From positions 4,640,001 through 4,704,000 of the forward strand of contig OZ219926.1 of NCBI GenBank assembly GCA_964291405.2: DNA of 64,000 bases, read 5' to 3'. A model generated the notes under the pieces. That model was not told the DNA's origin. It was given only the letters and a program-made list of their open reading frames with translations, and ran no database searches. The DNA comes from Thermodesulfobacteriota bacterium. Lineage in GTDB: Bacteria > Desulfobacterota > Binatia > Bin18. The position numbers were made by a program, and so were the translations under genes. Below, one piece after another: positions 49,165 to 58,366 of the stretch (its first letter is position 1; each line of letters opens with the position of its first letter).

Positions 49165-49301
49165 ATGGCAGAAAAGCTATACGACAGGGAAGAGCGACAG
49201 CGTGCGGTTCCGGCAGCAGCCCGCGTAGCCTCCACACCATTTCCCCTGTCTCGACGCCCTCCGACTGTGGTCCATGGAGAAACCGTGGAAGGAGGGACGA
49301 C

Positions 49302-50120
49302 ATGCAATCCACAAAGATTTCGGTTCCTGAACTGCAACGGCTGAAAGCGTCCGGGCAGAAGATTACTGCCCTCACCGCCTACGACTACCCATTCGCCCGC
49401 ATCCTGGACGAATGTGGCATCGATTTTCTCCTGGTCGGCGATTCTCTGGGCACGACCGTGCAGGGAGCGGCTACGACCCTGCCGGTCACGATGGACGATA
49501 TGGTCTACCACCTCAGGCTGGTCAATCGAGCCCGCCCACGCGCCCTCATTGTGGGTGATATGCCGTTTCTCTCCTACCAAGCCGGCATTTGTGACGCCAT
49601 TGCCAATGCCGGACGCTTACTCAAGGAAGGCGGGGCCGAGGCCGTCAAACTGGAAGGTGGGGTCAACATCGCCCGGGTTATCAAGGCCATCGTGAATGTA
49701 GATATCCCCGTGATGGGCCATATCGGCCTGACGCCGCAATCGGTGCATCGCATGGGCGGCTATAAGGTCCAGGGCAAGAAATCGGGCCGCCAACCCGGTG
49801 CACGGGAACGGCTCATCGAAGACGCCGAAGCCGTCACCAACGCCGGCGCTTTTGCCGTGGTCTTGGAGGGCGTCCCCATGGACTTGGCTGCTGAGATAAC
49901 GGATATGCTGACCATTCCAACCATTGGGATTGGGGCCGGTCCGCACTGTGACGGTCAGATTCTGGTGATGCATGACCTGCTGGGCATGTCCGGTGATTTC
50001 ACGCCCAAATTCGTCAAGCGCTACGCCAATCTGGAACAGGTGGTGGCCGACGCGGTGAACGCTTATATCAGCGAGGTGCGGGAGCATGCCTTCCCCCAGG
50101 ATGAGCATTCGTTCCATTAG
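49302..50120 (+). CDS. panB: 3-methyl-2-oxobutanoate hydroxymethyltransferase
   Basis: [30 protein letters not shown] and DGQILV motifs. Confidence 0.97.
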   Translation: MQSTKISVPELQRLKASGQKITALTAYDYPFARILDECGIDFLLVGDSLGTTVQGAATTLPVTMDDMVYHLRLVNRARPRALIVGDMPFLSYQAGICDAIANAGRLLKEGGAEAVKLEGGVNIARVIKAIVNVDIPVMGHIGLTPQSVHRMGGYKVQGKKSGRQPGARERLIEDAEAVTNAGAFAVVLEGVPMDLAAEITDMLTIPTIGIGAGPHCDGQILVMHDLLGMSGDFTPKFVKRYANLEQVVADAVNAYISEVREHAFPQDEHSFH

Positions 50121-50150
50121 GGCGTACCCTGAAGAATCGGAAACAGAGCT

Positions 50151-50993
50151 GTGCAGATTATTCAAACCGTTCGAGAGATGCAGCGTTGGTCGGAAGATCA
50201 GCGCCTGGAGCGCAAGACTGTGGCCTTTGTCCCCACCATGGGATTTCTGCACGAGGGCCATCTCAGCCTGGTGCGCGAGGCGAAGAATCGAGGCGACGTG
50301 GTTGTGGTCTCCATTTTCGTCAATCCCATGCAATTCAATCAGGCGTCTGATTTTGATAAATACCCGCGTAACGAGGACCAGGACGAACGTGCCCTGGAAG
50401 CATTGGGCACCGACGTGTTGTTCATGCCGCCGCCGGCTGAAATCTATCCCGATGGCTACCAGAGCGCGGTTGAGGTCGAGAAAGTCAGCCAGCCCTTATG
50501 CGGGGCCTTTCGTCCCGGCCATTTTCGGGGGGTGGCAACGGTGGTGGCCAAGCTGTTCAATATGGTCAAACCGCATTGTGCCCTGTTTGGCGAGAAAGAT
50601 TTCCAGCAGTGCGTTGTCATCAAGCGCATGGTCCAAGACCTGAACTTTGACATCGATATTGTCACCCTGCCAACAGTGCGCGAAGACGACGGCCTGGCCA
50701 TGAGTTCCCGGAATGCCCGGCTGAGTACGGCTGAAAGGGAGACGAGCCTGTGTGTGTCGAGCGCGCTCACGGCTGCCCAGGAACTGGTCTCCGGCGGTCA
50801 GTCCTCCGCGGCTGTTATTCTCCAGGCCGTGCAGCAGATATTAACCCAAAACGCCGAGGTGCGGGTTGAGTATGCCTCCCTGTGCCAGCCTGAAACGCTC
50901 GAAGAGGTGGAGCAGATATCCGGCCCCACCTTGTTGGCTATTGCGGTCTGGGTTGGCGAGGTCCGGCTGATTGATAACTGCGTGCTCCATTAG
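50151..50993 (+). CDS. panC: Pantoate--beta-alanine ligase
   Basis: PTMGFLHEGH, FVNPMQF, RPGHF, GEKDFQQ, MSSRN and RLIDN motifs. Confidence 0.97.
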   Translation: MQIIQTVREMQRWSEDQRLERKTVAFVPTMGFLHEGHLSLVREAKNRGDVVVVSIFVNPMQFNQASDFDKYPRNEDQDERALEALGTDVLFMPPPAEIYPDGYQSAVEVEKVSQPLCGAFRPGHFRGVATVVAKLFNMVKPHCALFGEKDFQQCVVIKRMVQDLNFDIDIVTLPTVREDDGLAMSSRNARLSTAERETSLCVSSALTAAQELVSGGQSSAAVILQAVQQILTQNAEVRVEYASLCQPETLEEVEQISGPTLLAIAVWVGEVRLIDNCVLH

Positions 50994-51008
50994 GCTCAGA
51001 GTTCGCGT

Positions 51009-51479
51009 ATGGCCAAACCGAAATCCGCCGAGAGAGCGATCTGCGTCAATCGCAAAGCACGGCACGATTATATCATCAACGAAACCATCGAGGCCGGGAT
51101 TGTGCTGAACGGCGGAGAGGTCAAATCGCTCCGGGACGGTCGGGCCAATCTCAAGGACAGCTATGGCCGGATCGACAAGGGCGAGGCGTTTTTATTGAAC
51201 GCGCATATCAGCGACTACAAACCGGCCCATTATTTCAACAGCGATCCCAACCGCAGGCGTAAGCTCCTCTTGCACAAAAAAGAAATCATGCGTCTGATGG
51301 GAAAAACAAAGGAGCAGGGATTGACCCTGGTTCCTCTGCGGCTGTACTTTAAGGAAGGTCGAGTCAAGGTTGAGTTGGCTTTGGCCAAGGGTAAACGGAC
51401 GTATGACAAGCGCGCTGCCATTCGCGAACGCGAGATGAAGCGCGATGTTCAGCGTGCCATGCATAGACGAACAGGCTAG
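51009..51479 (+). CDS. smpB: SsrA-binding protein
   Basis: NRKARHDY, EAGIVLNGGEVKS, RKLLLHKKEI and GKRTYDKR motifs. Confidence 0.97.
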   Translation: MAKPKSAERAICVNRKARHDYIINETIEAGIVLNGGEVKSLRDGRANLKDSYGRIDKGEAFLLNAHISDYKPAHYFNSDPNRRRKLLLHKKEIMRLMGKTKEQGLTLVPLRLYFKEGRVKVELALAKGKRTYDKRAAIREREMKRDVQRAMHRRTG

Positions 51480-51522
51480 GGGAGGTATGCTTTTCTCTGT
51501 GTGAGAGACACAACTGCGATAA

Positions 51523-51874
51523 GGGGGCGATCTGGTTTCGACGGGGGCTAGAAAGCCAAGGCTGCATGCCGGGGTTCTGTCCCGCCCGTAAAACGGACAG
51601 GCTGCAATTTAACTGCAGACGATTTTGATTACGCTCTTGCTGCCTAGAGCAGCTTGCGTCTTACCGATCCGCGCCCGTAGGGTCGGCTAAGGCGACATAA
51701 ATCGGGATAGGGCTCGCATCGTGCCGAAGGGTGTGCGCCCGAAACTCTACTTTGGCTGGTCTGAAGGCATCCTGCTCGTAGGAGGCCCGAGGATGAGATT
51801 AAAATACGAGCTACGCATTGTAGATGCCTTGAGTGGACTACTTTCGGACGCGGGTTCGATTCCCGCCGCCTCCA
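51523..51874 (+). ncRNA. ssrA: tmRNA; tag peptide (A)ADDFDYALAA at 51615-51647; CCA not encoded
   Basis: GGGGGCG...TTCGAC 5' end, GGACGCGGGTTCGATTCCCGCCGCCTCCA 3' end, resume codon GCA and YALAA*; adjacent to smpB. Confidence 0.96.
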
Positions 51875-51957
51875 TTCCGTCCTAATCCTTTCCCTTCCCG
51901 CCTGTTCTCCGATAATCCATTAACGATTTGTATTTGCAGGATTTTTTCTTATTCAAA

Positions 51958-52078
51958 GGCTTGCATGTTCCGTGCCCGCAGCGGGACCAAGAGTTGGATG
52001 CCGCGCGTCACGATCGACGGCAAACGCCACGATATCGGCCTGGGGGCCTATCCCGTGGTCAGTCTTGCGAAGGCGCGG
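51958..52078 (+). pseudogene. P4-like tyrosine integrase remnant, N-terminal arm-binding domain
   Basis: SGTKSW..RVTIDGKRHDIGLGAYPVVSLAKAR; frameshifted, no start, truncated; 84 bp after the tmRNA. Confidence 0.85.
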
Positions 52079-52110
52079 AGCCCCGGCTTTCTAGAGTGTC
52101 GAAGCCAATC

Positions 52111-53718
52111 CTAGTTACGCCCTTTCCGTGCATTTTTGCGCCGCATCTTCTTCGCCTTTTCGTCGAGCACGCGGTACACTATTGTGTACCGGTCGGAATA
52201 CACTTTTTCCATAAGCGGATCTCGGTCGGCAAGGGCAATGAACTTCCGATGTTTGTTGTCGGTAAAGGCGTATTCACATCCGAACCGCTGCAAAATCACC
52301 CTCGCCGGCAGACGCACCTTCCCCCTGGTGATGTCTTTCCAGCGTTTATAGCCCTCGGGGTCTTTGAGCCGCATGAAGTCGGGATCAAGCCCAACGATGT
52401 AGGTATTATGCGTATTAAAGAAAAACAGGCGGGGAAAGTCGTCCCAGTCGGTGTGAAACACGCGCGCCCCTTTGGGCGTGTTATGGGCTAACCACTCTGC
52501 TCCGCCCTTATACGCCGCAGACGGTGGGAGGCGGTGAATGTCCCGCCAGGCGGCTTGCACGGTGGCTTGCATGGCGGCAACAAGCAGGAGGCTTGCCAGC
52601 ATGAGCCCGCCAATTTTTCTCTCTGTCCAGGCAATAGAACCGACGTCCAGGGTCTTCACCCACTCCCGCGTTCCAACTGCTAAGAGCAGCACGGCAGCCG
52701 GCGGATAATATTCGACAAAACGGCGCGATTTGAACAACAGAAGGGCGTATAACGTGGCGGCTAAAAATAAGAAAAGCCGCGGGGCATCTTGGCGCCATTC
52801 CTCTCTGTTGGTCAAGAATATGGCGCTGCCATAGGCGAGGTGCGCTCCAAGCGACAGGCTCAGAAGATCCCATGAATTATAGGGACGCCACTCTCCCCCG
52901 ACCGATGTCGCATACTCCACCACGAACAGCTTAGGGACAATGTGGTCCCAGAGGAGGAGGACATTTTGCGGAAAGTAGGGATTGACGATCAGGCCGCAGG
53001 CGATCCCAATACCTGCTCCGAAGAGGAGAGGGTATTCGAAAGTGCCGTCGACGAGGTAGTGCGTCAGGAGACCGATCAGCACTAGGAGCAGGAGCAACGG
53101 GAAGGCATTATACGCCCACACAAACAGCATTGCCACGATCCCGAGAGCAACCGGCCGACGTTTCAGAATCAGATACATCGCTAGCAGTTGAAACGCCAAC
53201 CCCAGGCTCTGCCCCCGAGCCATACTCATCCGATACAGAAACGGGTGTGAGGACGCAAAGAGGACGAGCAGCCAGACAAATGGATAGCGCACCTGGTAGG
53301 CAACGAGGAAAAAATAGAACACACAGCAGGCAAAAACGGCGAGGGTCACCGCGGCCCATTTCGACGCCAAACCTAAATCGGTAAAGGCGGTGAAAGGGGC
53401 TTGCAGCACATGCAGCAGCATATGGCGGTCGCTGTAGCCGTGCTCATCCAGAATGGTAAGGGGCAACCAGGGGAACGGAAGCGGGAGCCCCTGCTGGAGC
53501 GTCAATTCTGCCATCTTGATATGATGGTATCCGTCGTTCCCCACGATATGCGGGCTGGCGAATTGGATGTAGGCGAGGAGGACCCCGGAGATCGCGATGG
53601 CGCTCACAACGTGGATGAGGGAGTGCCACTTCACCGCATGAAGAGCGCGGCTGACCAGAGCGGTCATCGACCGTGTACGCTTGGGGTGATGGGACGGAGG
53701 AGTTTCTGCCGCTGACAT
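52111..53718 (-). CDS. Polytopic membrane protein, GT-C/STT3-like glycosyltransferase candidate
   Basis: About 12 TM helices; NDGYHH after TM1, GGEW, SRRFVEY, and a C-terminal soluble domain with DWDDFP. Confidence 0.65.
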   Translation of the reverse strand: MSAAETPPSHHPKRTRSMTALVSRALHAVKWHSLIHVVSAIAISGVLLAYIQFASPHIVGNDGYHHIKMAELTLQQGLPLPFPWLPLTILDEHGYSDRHMLLHVLQAPFTAFTDLGLASKWAAVTLAVFACCVFYFFLVAYQVRYPFVWLLVLFASSHPFLYRMSMARGQSLGLAFQLLAMYLILKRRPVALGIVAMLFVWAYNAFPLLLLLVLIGLLTHYLVDGTFEYPLLFGAGIGIACGLIVNPYFPQNVLLLWDHIVPKLFVVEYATSVGGEWRPYNSWDLLSLSLGAHLAYGSAIFLTNREEWRQDAPRLFLFLAATLYALLLFKSRRFVEYYPPAAVLLLAVGTREWVKTLDVGSIAWTERKIGGLMLASLLLVAAMQATVQAAWRDIHRLPPSAAYKGGAEWLAHNTPKGARVFHTDWDDFPRLFFFNTHNTYIVGLDPDFMRLKDPEGYKRWKDITRGKVRLPARVILQRFGCEYAFTDNKHRKFIALADRDPLMEKVYSDRYTIVYRVLDEKAKKMRRKNARKGRN

Positions 53719-53786
53719 AAAAAATTCATTGAGCCCCGTACGCTACACTCCTATTCGGTCCCCCGCACGGCAATGACGGCACTCTC

Positions 53787-54752
53787 TTAGTCATCGTCAT
53801 CGTTTTCGTTGCCATTGTCGTTGTTGTTCTCATTCTCATTGTCGTTTTCGTTGCCATTGTCGTTGTTGTTCTCATTCTCATTGTCGTTTTCGTTGCCATT
53901 GTCGTTGCTGTTCTCATTCTCGTTCGTGTTCTTGTTGGTGTTGGCGTTCGTGTTCTCGTTCTGGTTCGTGTTCCCGTTCGTATTCTCGTTGGTGTCGGTA
54001 TTGGTGTTCGTATTTTCAAGACTGTCGCTCAGGCCATTCCGGTCAAGGTCGTCGTCGGGAAAGCCGTCCCGGTCGGCATCATTGTCGGCAAAACCGTCAG
54101 AATCCGTATCATCGTCCCGCACACCATCGTTGTCTTGGTCGGCCACAAAAGAAATCGCCGCGAGCTTATTGGAAGGCGGGTCATATTTGAGGACGGTCGT
54201 CAGTGATCGTCCACCGATTTCTATTCCCTCTACCAATACTTCCGTCTTGCCCACGATATCGAGCGTGGCTCCGCTCAGATCAATTTCAACGTTTCGTGGA
54301 TTTTCATCGCCCGGCGCATTGGACACCAGAAAGCGGACGCTGCGGCTCGCGGCGTCCCCGTTCATATCCACCGCTCTGACCGTCAGCCGGTGGACACCGT
54401 TTGTCAGCGGCCGTGCATTCCACCCGAGCGCGTATCCAGAGAATTTGGCGTCGGGGATATCGGGAAATGCATGGCCAACATCTATCCGTTCTCCACCATA
54501 GCCGGCGGGAGTGGGGCTTTGCCCGTCAAACGACACCTCCACGTAGTCAATCGGGGCGGTGATGCCGACCGCCCAGCCCAGGATATTGACCAGCCCGGAG
54601 ACGTGTTGCCCTTCTGTCGGATTATCAATGGCCAAGCGTGGTGGATCGGCCACCGCGCTTGAGAACCAGAGGAGGCTGCTCACCAGCCCGATTGCGACAT
54701 GCGTCTGCCAACACATGCGTACTCTCTTGCCGTCCTTTTTGCGCTTTGCCAT
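53787..54752 (-). CDS. Secreted protein: Ig-like domain, DxDxDG Ca-binding-type repeats and an alternating-Asn tail
   Basis: Signal peptide (SSAVA-D); Big-like domain (GWA...NGVHRLTVRAVD); DQDNDG/DTDSDG/DADRDG/DLDRNG; about 70-aa NxNxNx tail. Confidence 0.8.
   Translation of the reverse strand: MAKRKKDGKRVRMCWQTHVAIGLVSSLLWFSSAVADPPRLAIDNPTEGQHVSGLVNILGWAVGITAPIDYVEVSFDGQSPTPAGYGGERIDVGHAFPDIPDAKFSGYALGWNARPLTNGVHRLTVRAVDMNGDAASRSVRFLVSNAPGDENPRNVEIDLSGATLDIVGKTEVLVEGIEIGGRSLTTVLKYDPPSNKLAAISFVADQDNDGVRDDDTDSDGFADNDADRDGFPDDDLDRNGLSDSLENTNTNTDTNENTNGNTNQNENTNANTNKNTNENENSNDNGNENDNENENNNDNGNENDNENENNNDNGNENDDDD
53801..53920 (-). repeat. 42-bp coding tandem repeat, about 3 copies (NDNENENNNDNGNE)
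   Basis: CGTTTTCGTTGCCATTGTCGTTGTTGTTCTCATTCTCATTGT repeated at 53801, 53843 and 53885. Confidence 0.9.
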
Positions 54753-55130
54753 ACACCCTCCACGTCTTGGGTATGAGGAAAGTTTTCAATGGATTTTCCT
54801 GAGCCATATCTCATCCCTTCTCAGCACAGTGTCCCTGGAGTCGCAACCTGCTCTACATTTTTTCCTCAAAATTCAGAGGAGTATAACATAGGGGCTCCCC
54901 GCTCCCCTCCACTTTTGGTAATCAACCCGCGCGCAGACCGGGTGGGCTGTCCCTTTGGGGGGCTAGTGCGCCCCTCATAAACGCTGTTATGCGTAGCAGG
55001 TGGAAGGGAGGCTTAGATGTCAGCATAGGCAGTCGCGCGACGGTTGGCGAGCGAGCTGGGCTGGGCTCGCAAATCCCGCCATCGGGAGGAGTACGACCCC
55101 GAGTGCCCTTGAGGGGCTAGATTTGCCGCC

Positions 55131-55253
55131 TTACCCCCATCGCACAAGCGGCACGACCTTGTCGTCTCCCTGACTCAGATACACTGTCCATTGCTCCATA
55201 AGCCCACGCCGGCGCTCAAACAAGTCTGAGCGAGCATACGCCGCCCCCACCGT
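55131..55253 (-). pseudogene. P4-like tyrosine integrase remnant, C-terminal end
   Basis: Manual translation TVGAAYARSDLFERRRGLMEQWTVYL...KVVPL*, including the catalytic Tyr motif. Confidence 0.85.
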
Positions 55254-55367
55254 TTTTCAAGACAGTACACGTCTCTTCGAGGAGACGTGTGTCCTATAGC
55301 CTCTTTTCATTATGGGCGCTCGGAGCGCCGCCTGGCACTGACTCTGGGAATGCCTCAAATATAGAGC

Positions 55368-56438
55368 CTAATCGGCCCTGCGGGACTCCAGTCTTGGCAG
55401 GATGTGTTCGCCGAATGTATCGATGTCGTGCTCAAAGTCGGGAAAGGCGAACATACAGGCCGCCACTTTGGCTTCGGCGTAAATCCTGTCCAGGTAAGAG
55501 GCCACTTTCCGGTAAGAGCCCACCAAGGTCGGCAAGCCCATGAACATGGATTTACGTTTCAGGCTCTCGGACATGCCTTCGGACTTGTCCAATTCTGCCT
55601 GGCCGACAAGGTTGGCGATGGCCACCTCATCGGCGCCGGCGACGATATGCTCGAAACGTTTTTCCGCTTCCGCGTCCGTCTCCGCGGCGAAGACATTGAA
55701 CAGGGCAATGGTGCCCACGTCACGGCCGAGCTTTCTGGCGTGGTCCTGAAGCTTTGACGTGATGGCGCTGAACGTCTTGATATCCGCTTCGATGTCGTGC
55801 GTGTTGCCGCCGGCGATGACGAAGTTCCGGTCAGCCATTTCGGCGGTGTAGCGAATGCCACGATCCGACTGACCGGCACACACCAGGGGAATGCGCTTTG
55901 ACGGCACCGGCTTGATCTCGGCGTCGTTCATTGTGAAGTATGTGCCCTTGAAATTGCTCCTGCCGGTGTCCCAGAGGTCCGTCAGGATCGTGACATACTC
56001 GGTCGCATAGTCGTAGCGGGTTTCGTAATGTTCGTCGCCCGGCCACAAGCCCATTTGATTGAACTCATCCTTATACCAGCCGGAAACGATATTGAGCCCG
56101 AAACGCCCTGGGCAGACGGCTTCGATGGTCGCAGCCATGCGGGCCGCCACCGCTGGATGCATGGACAGGCTGGTGACCGAAGGGAACAGATGGATGGTCT
56201 TGGTCACCGGAGCCAATGACGCGGTTAAGGTAAAGGAGTCAAGGGCATAGTCCCAATATTTCGTTTCTCCACCAAAGCCTCGGAATTTCACCATGGATAG
56301 GGCAAACTCGAATCCCAGCGCTTCGCATTTCAAAGTGACGGCCCGGTTCAGTTCCCACGTGGGCCACGTGGGCGGTATATTGCGTGAAATGATAAAACCG
56401 CCCTTGGCGATGGGCAGGAAAATACCAATTTCCATCAT
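55368..56438 (-). CDS. RutA-like flavin-dependent monooxygenase (LLM class)
   Basis: FALSMVKFRGFGGET, GRFGLNIVSGW, QMGLWPGD..Y..RYDY.TEY and CAGQSD closely follow E. coli RutA. Confidence 0.85.
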   Translation of the reverse strand: MMEIGIFLPIAKGGFIISRNIPPTWPTWELNRAVTLKCEALGFEFALSMVKFRGFGGETKYWDYALDSFTLTASLAPVTKTIHLFPSVTSLSMHPAVAARMAATIEAVCPGRFGLNIVSGWYKDEFNQMGLWPGDEHYETRYDYATEYVTILTDLWDTGRSNFKGTYFTMNDAEIKPVPSKRIPLVCAGQSDRGIRYTAEMADRNFVIAGGNTHDIEADIKTFSAITSKLQDHARKLGRDVGTIALFNVFAAETDAEAEKRFEHIVAGADEVAIANLVGQAELDKSEGMSESLKRKSMFMGLPTLVGSYRKVASYLDRIYAEAKVAACMFAFPDFEHDIDTFGEHILPRLESRRAD

Positions 56439-56699
56439 GGGAACGGTCTCCCTTCCATCATCTATCCTAGCAACGCCATTTTGCATTGGATAGTCCCGGA
56501 AAACTGTTTGTGACAGGAGGGGCATAGCGTGGCGCTGATGCAGGTACGGCGGGCTACCGGAGCTCTATACACAACTGCCGGACGGCTGTCCCTAGTAAAA
56601 GCACGAGAGCGGGCGCTCCTCTATGCGAAAAATCGACACCAGAAGAGGTAGACGAGGTAAAGTCAACGTTTTAATGTACGAAGGCTATGAGGGAGGACC

Positions 56700-58241
56700 A
56701 TGATGAGTTCCGATAAAACCGGCGGCCCCGTAGGCGCGCCGACAGACAGCGAGCTGCGCGCGGCCGCGCAGGCTTTATTTCTCGATCTGGATCGGGGCGA
56801 CTTGGATTTCTTCGCAAGCGCGATGGACAGGTTCGTCGACGACTACAATGCCATCGACGCCATGGACGCGCCGACCCTGCCGACGAAATACCCGCGCGGT
56901 GAGGGGTATCGCCCGACCGGCGATGAGAACCGTTACGGTGCCTGGCAGTGGAAGTGTTCGATTAAAGGCGCAGCGTCCGGCAAGCTCGTCGGCAAACGCG
57001 TCGCCATCAAGGACAACATCAGCGTTGCGGGCATGCCTATGCTGAACGGCTCGGCGCTGTATGAAGGCTTTATCGCCGACGAAGACGCGACCGTCGTGAC
57101 CCGCGTGCTCGATGCCGGCGGCGAAGTGGTCGGCAAGGCCGTGTGCGAAAACTTCTGCTATTCCGGCGGCAGCCATACGTCGGCGTCGGGTCCGGTGAGG
57201 AACCCGCGCAACCCCGACTTCATGACCGGCGGCTCGTCGAGCGGCTGTGCCGCATTGATTCTGACGGGTGAATGCGACATGGCGATCGGCAGCGACCAGG
57301 GCGGCTCCGTACGCATGCCGAGCTCGTGGTCTGGCTGCGTCGGGATCAAGCCGACTCACGGCCTCGTGCCCTATACCGGCGCCGGACCCATCGAGCACAC
57401 GATCGATCACCTCGGGCCGATGGCTGCCTCGAGCGTCGATTGCGCCCTGTTGCTCGAAGTCATCGCGGGCTATGACGAGGGCCGCGACCCGCGTCAGGTG
57501 GCGGCGTTGCAGGCAAAACCCTATAGCGAACTCGTCGGCCAGGGGATCGAGGGGCTGCGGATCGGTATCGTGCGCGAAGGCTTCGGCGCGCCGGGCTCGG
57601 AAGCGGACGTGGATGAATCCGTGATGGCCGCGGCCCGGCGGCTGCAGGAAGCCGGTGCCGTGGTCGAAGAAATCTCCATCCCCATGCACACCAAGGCCCT
57701 CAAGATCATGTTCGCAGGTTCCGTCGACGGGACGCTGTCAACGTGGAGTGATCAGGGTCCGGCGGGCGGAAACGCCGATGGCCACCACCCACTCGGAGCG
57801 ATCCGCTTCTTTCAGGAGGCACGCAAAACCCGGGCGGCAGAGCTGCCGGACATGGCCAAGACCGTGCTGTTGTTCGCGCAGGTCATGCGCGCACGTTACG
57901 GCAACTATTATTCCGCCAAGGCACAAAACCTCGTCCGCACGCTACGCGCCGCCTACGATCGCGCGTTCGATACATGCGACCTGCTGGTGATGCCGACGAC
58001 CGTGATGAAAGCCCACCGGATCCCGCCACCGGACGCATCGCGTGAAGTCGTCATGGGGCTCACGCTCGACATGATCGGCAACACCGCGCCCTTCGATGCG
58101 ACGAGCCACCCGTCGATGAGCGTGCCGACCGGTCTGTCGAACGGCCTGCCCGTCGGCATGATGATCACGGGACGCTACGGTGAGGACGACGTCGTGCTGC
58201 GCGCCGGGCATGCGTTCGAGACGTTGCGTGGACCGTTCTGA
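56700..58241 (+). CDS. Amidase (amidase signature family)
   Basis: AIKDN, GGSSSG and GSDQGGSVRMPS (Ser-cisSer-Lys triad). Confidence 0.93.
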   Translation: MMSSDKTGGPVGAPTDSELRAAAQALFLDLDRGDLDFFASAMDRFVDDYNAIDAMDAPTLPTKYPRGEGYRPTGDENRYGAWQWKCSIKGAASGKLVGKRVAIKDNISVAGMPMLNGSALYEGFIADEDATVVTRVLDAGGEVVGKAVCENFCYSGGSHTSASGPVRNPRNPDFMTGGSSSGCAALILTGECDMAIGSDQGGSVRMPSSWSGCVGIKPTHGLVPYTGAGPIEHTIDHLGPMAASSVDCALLLEVIAGYDEGRDPRQVAALQAKPYSELVGQGIEGLRIGIVREGFGAPGSEADVDESVMAAARRLQEAGAVVEEISIPMHTKALKIMFAGSVDGTLSTWSDQGPAGGNADGHHPLGAIRFFQEARKTRAAELPDMAKTVLLFAQVMRARYGNYYSAKAQNLVRTLRAAYDRAFDTCDLLVMPTTVMKAHRIPPPDASREVVMGLTLDMIGNTAPFDATSHPSMSVPTGLSNGLPVGMMITGRYGEDDVVLRAGHAFETLRGPF

Positions 58242-58366
58242 GCGCTTGTGGAACGCCGCCGACGGATCAGCCTCGGCGCCGGGCGGCCGCCAGGAAGAGA
58301 CCCGTTAATGACGGGTTCGCAGCACTCCGGTATTCATGACCGCAGGTCTAATCAGGGGAGGGGGCG

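Noticed and set aside
53801-53920. Regular repeats resembling a CRISPR array
   Set aside because: Head-to-tail 42-bp coding repeats with no unique spacers; no cas genes in the window.
55060-55135. attR duplicate of the tmRNA 3' end
   Set aside because: Only short partial matches (AATCCCGCCA, GCCGCCT), not distinguishable from chance.
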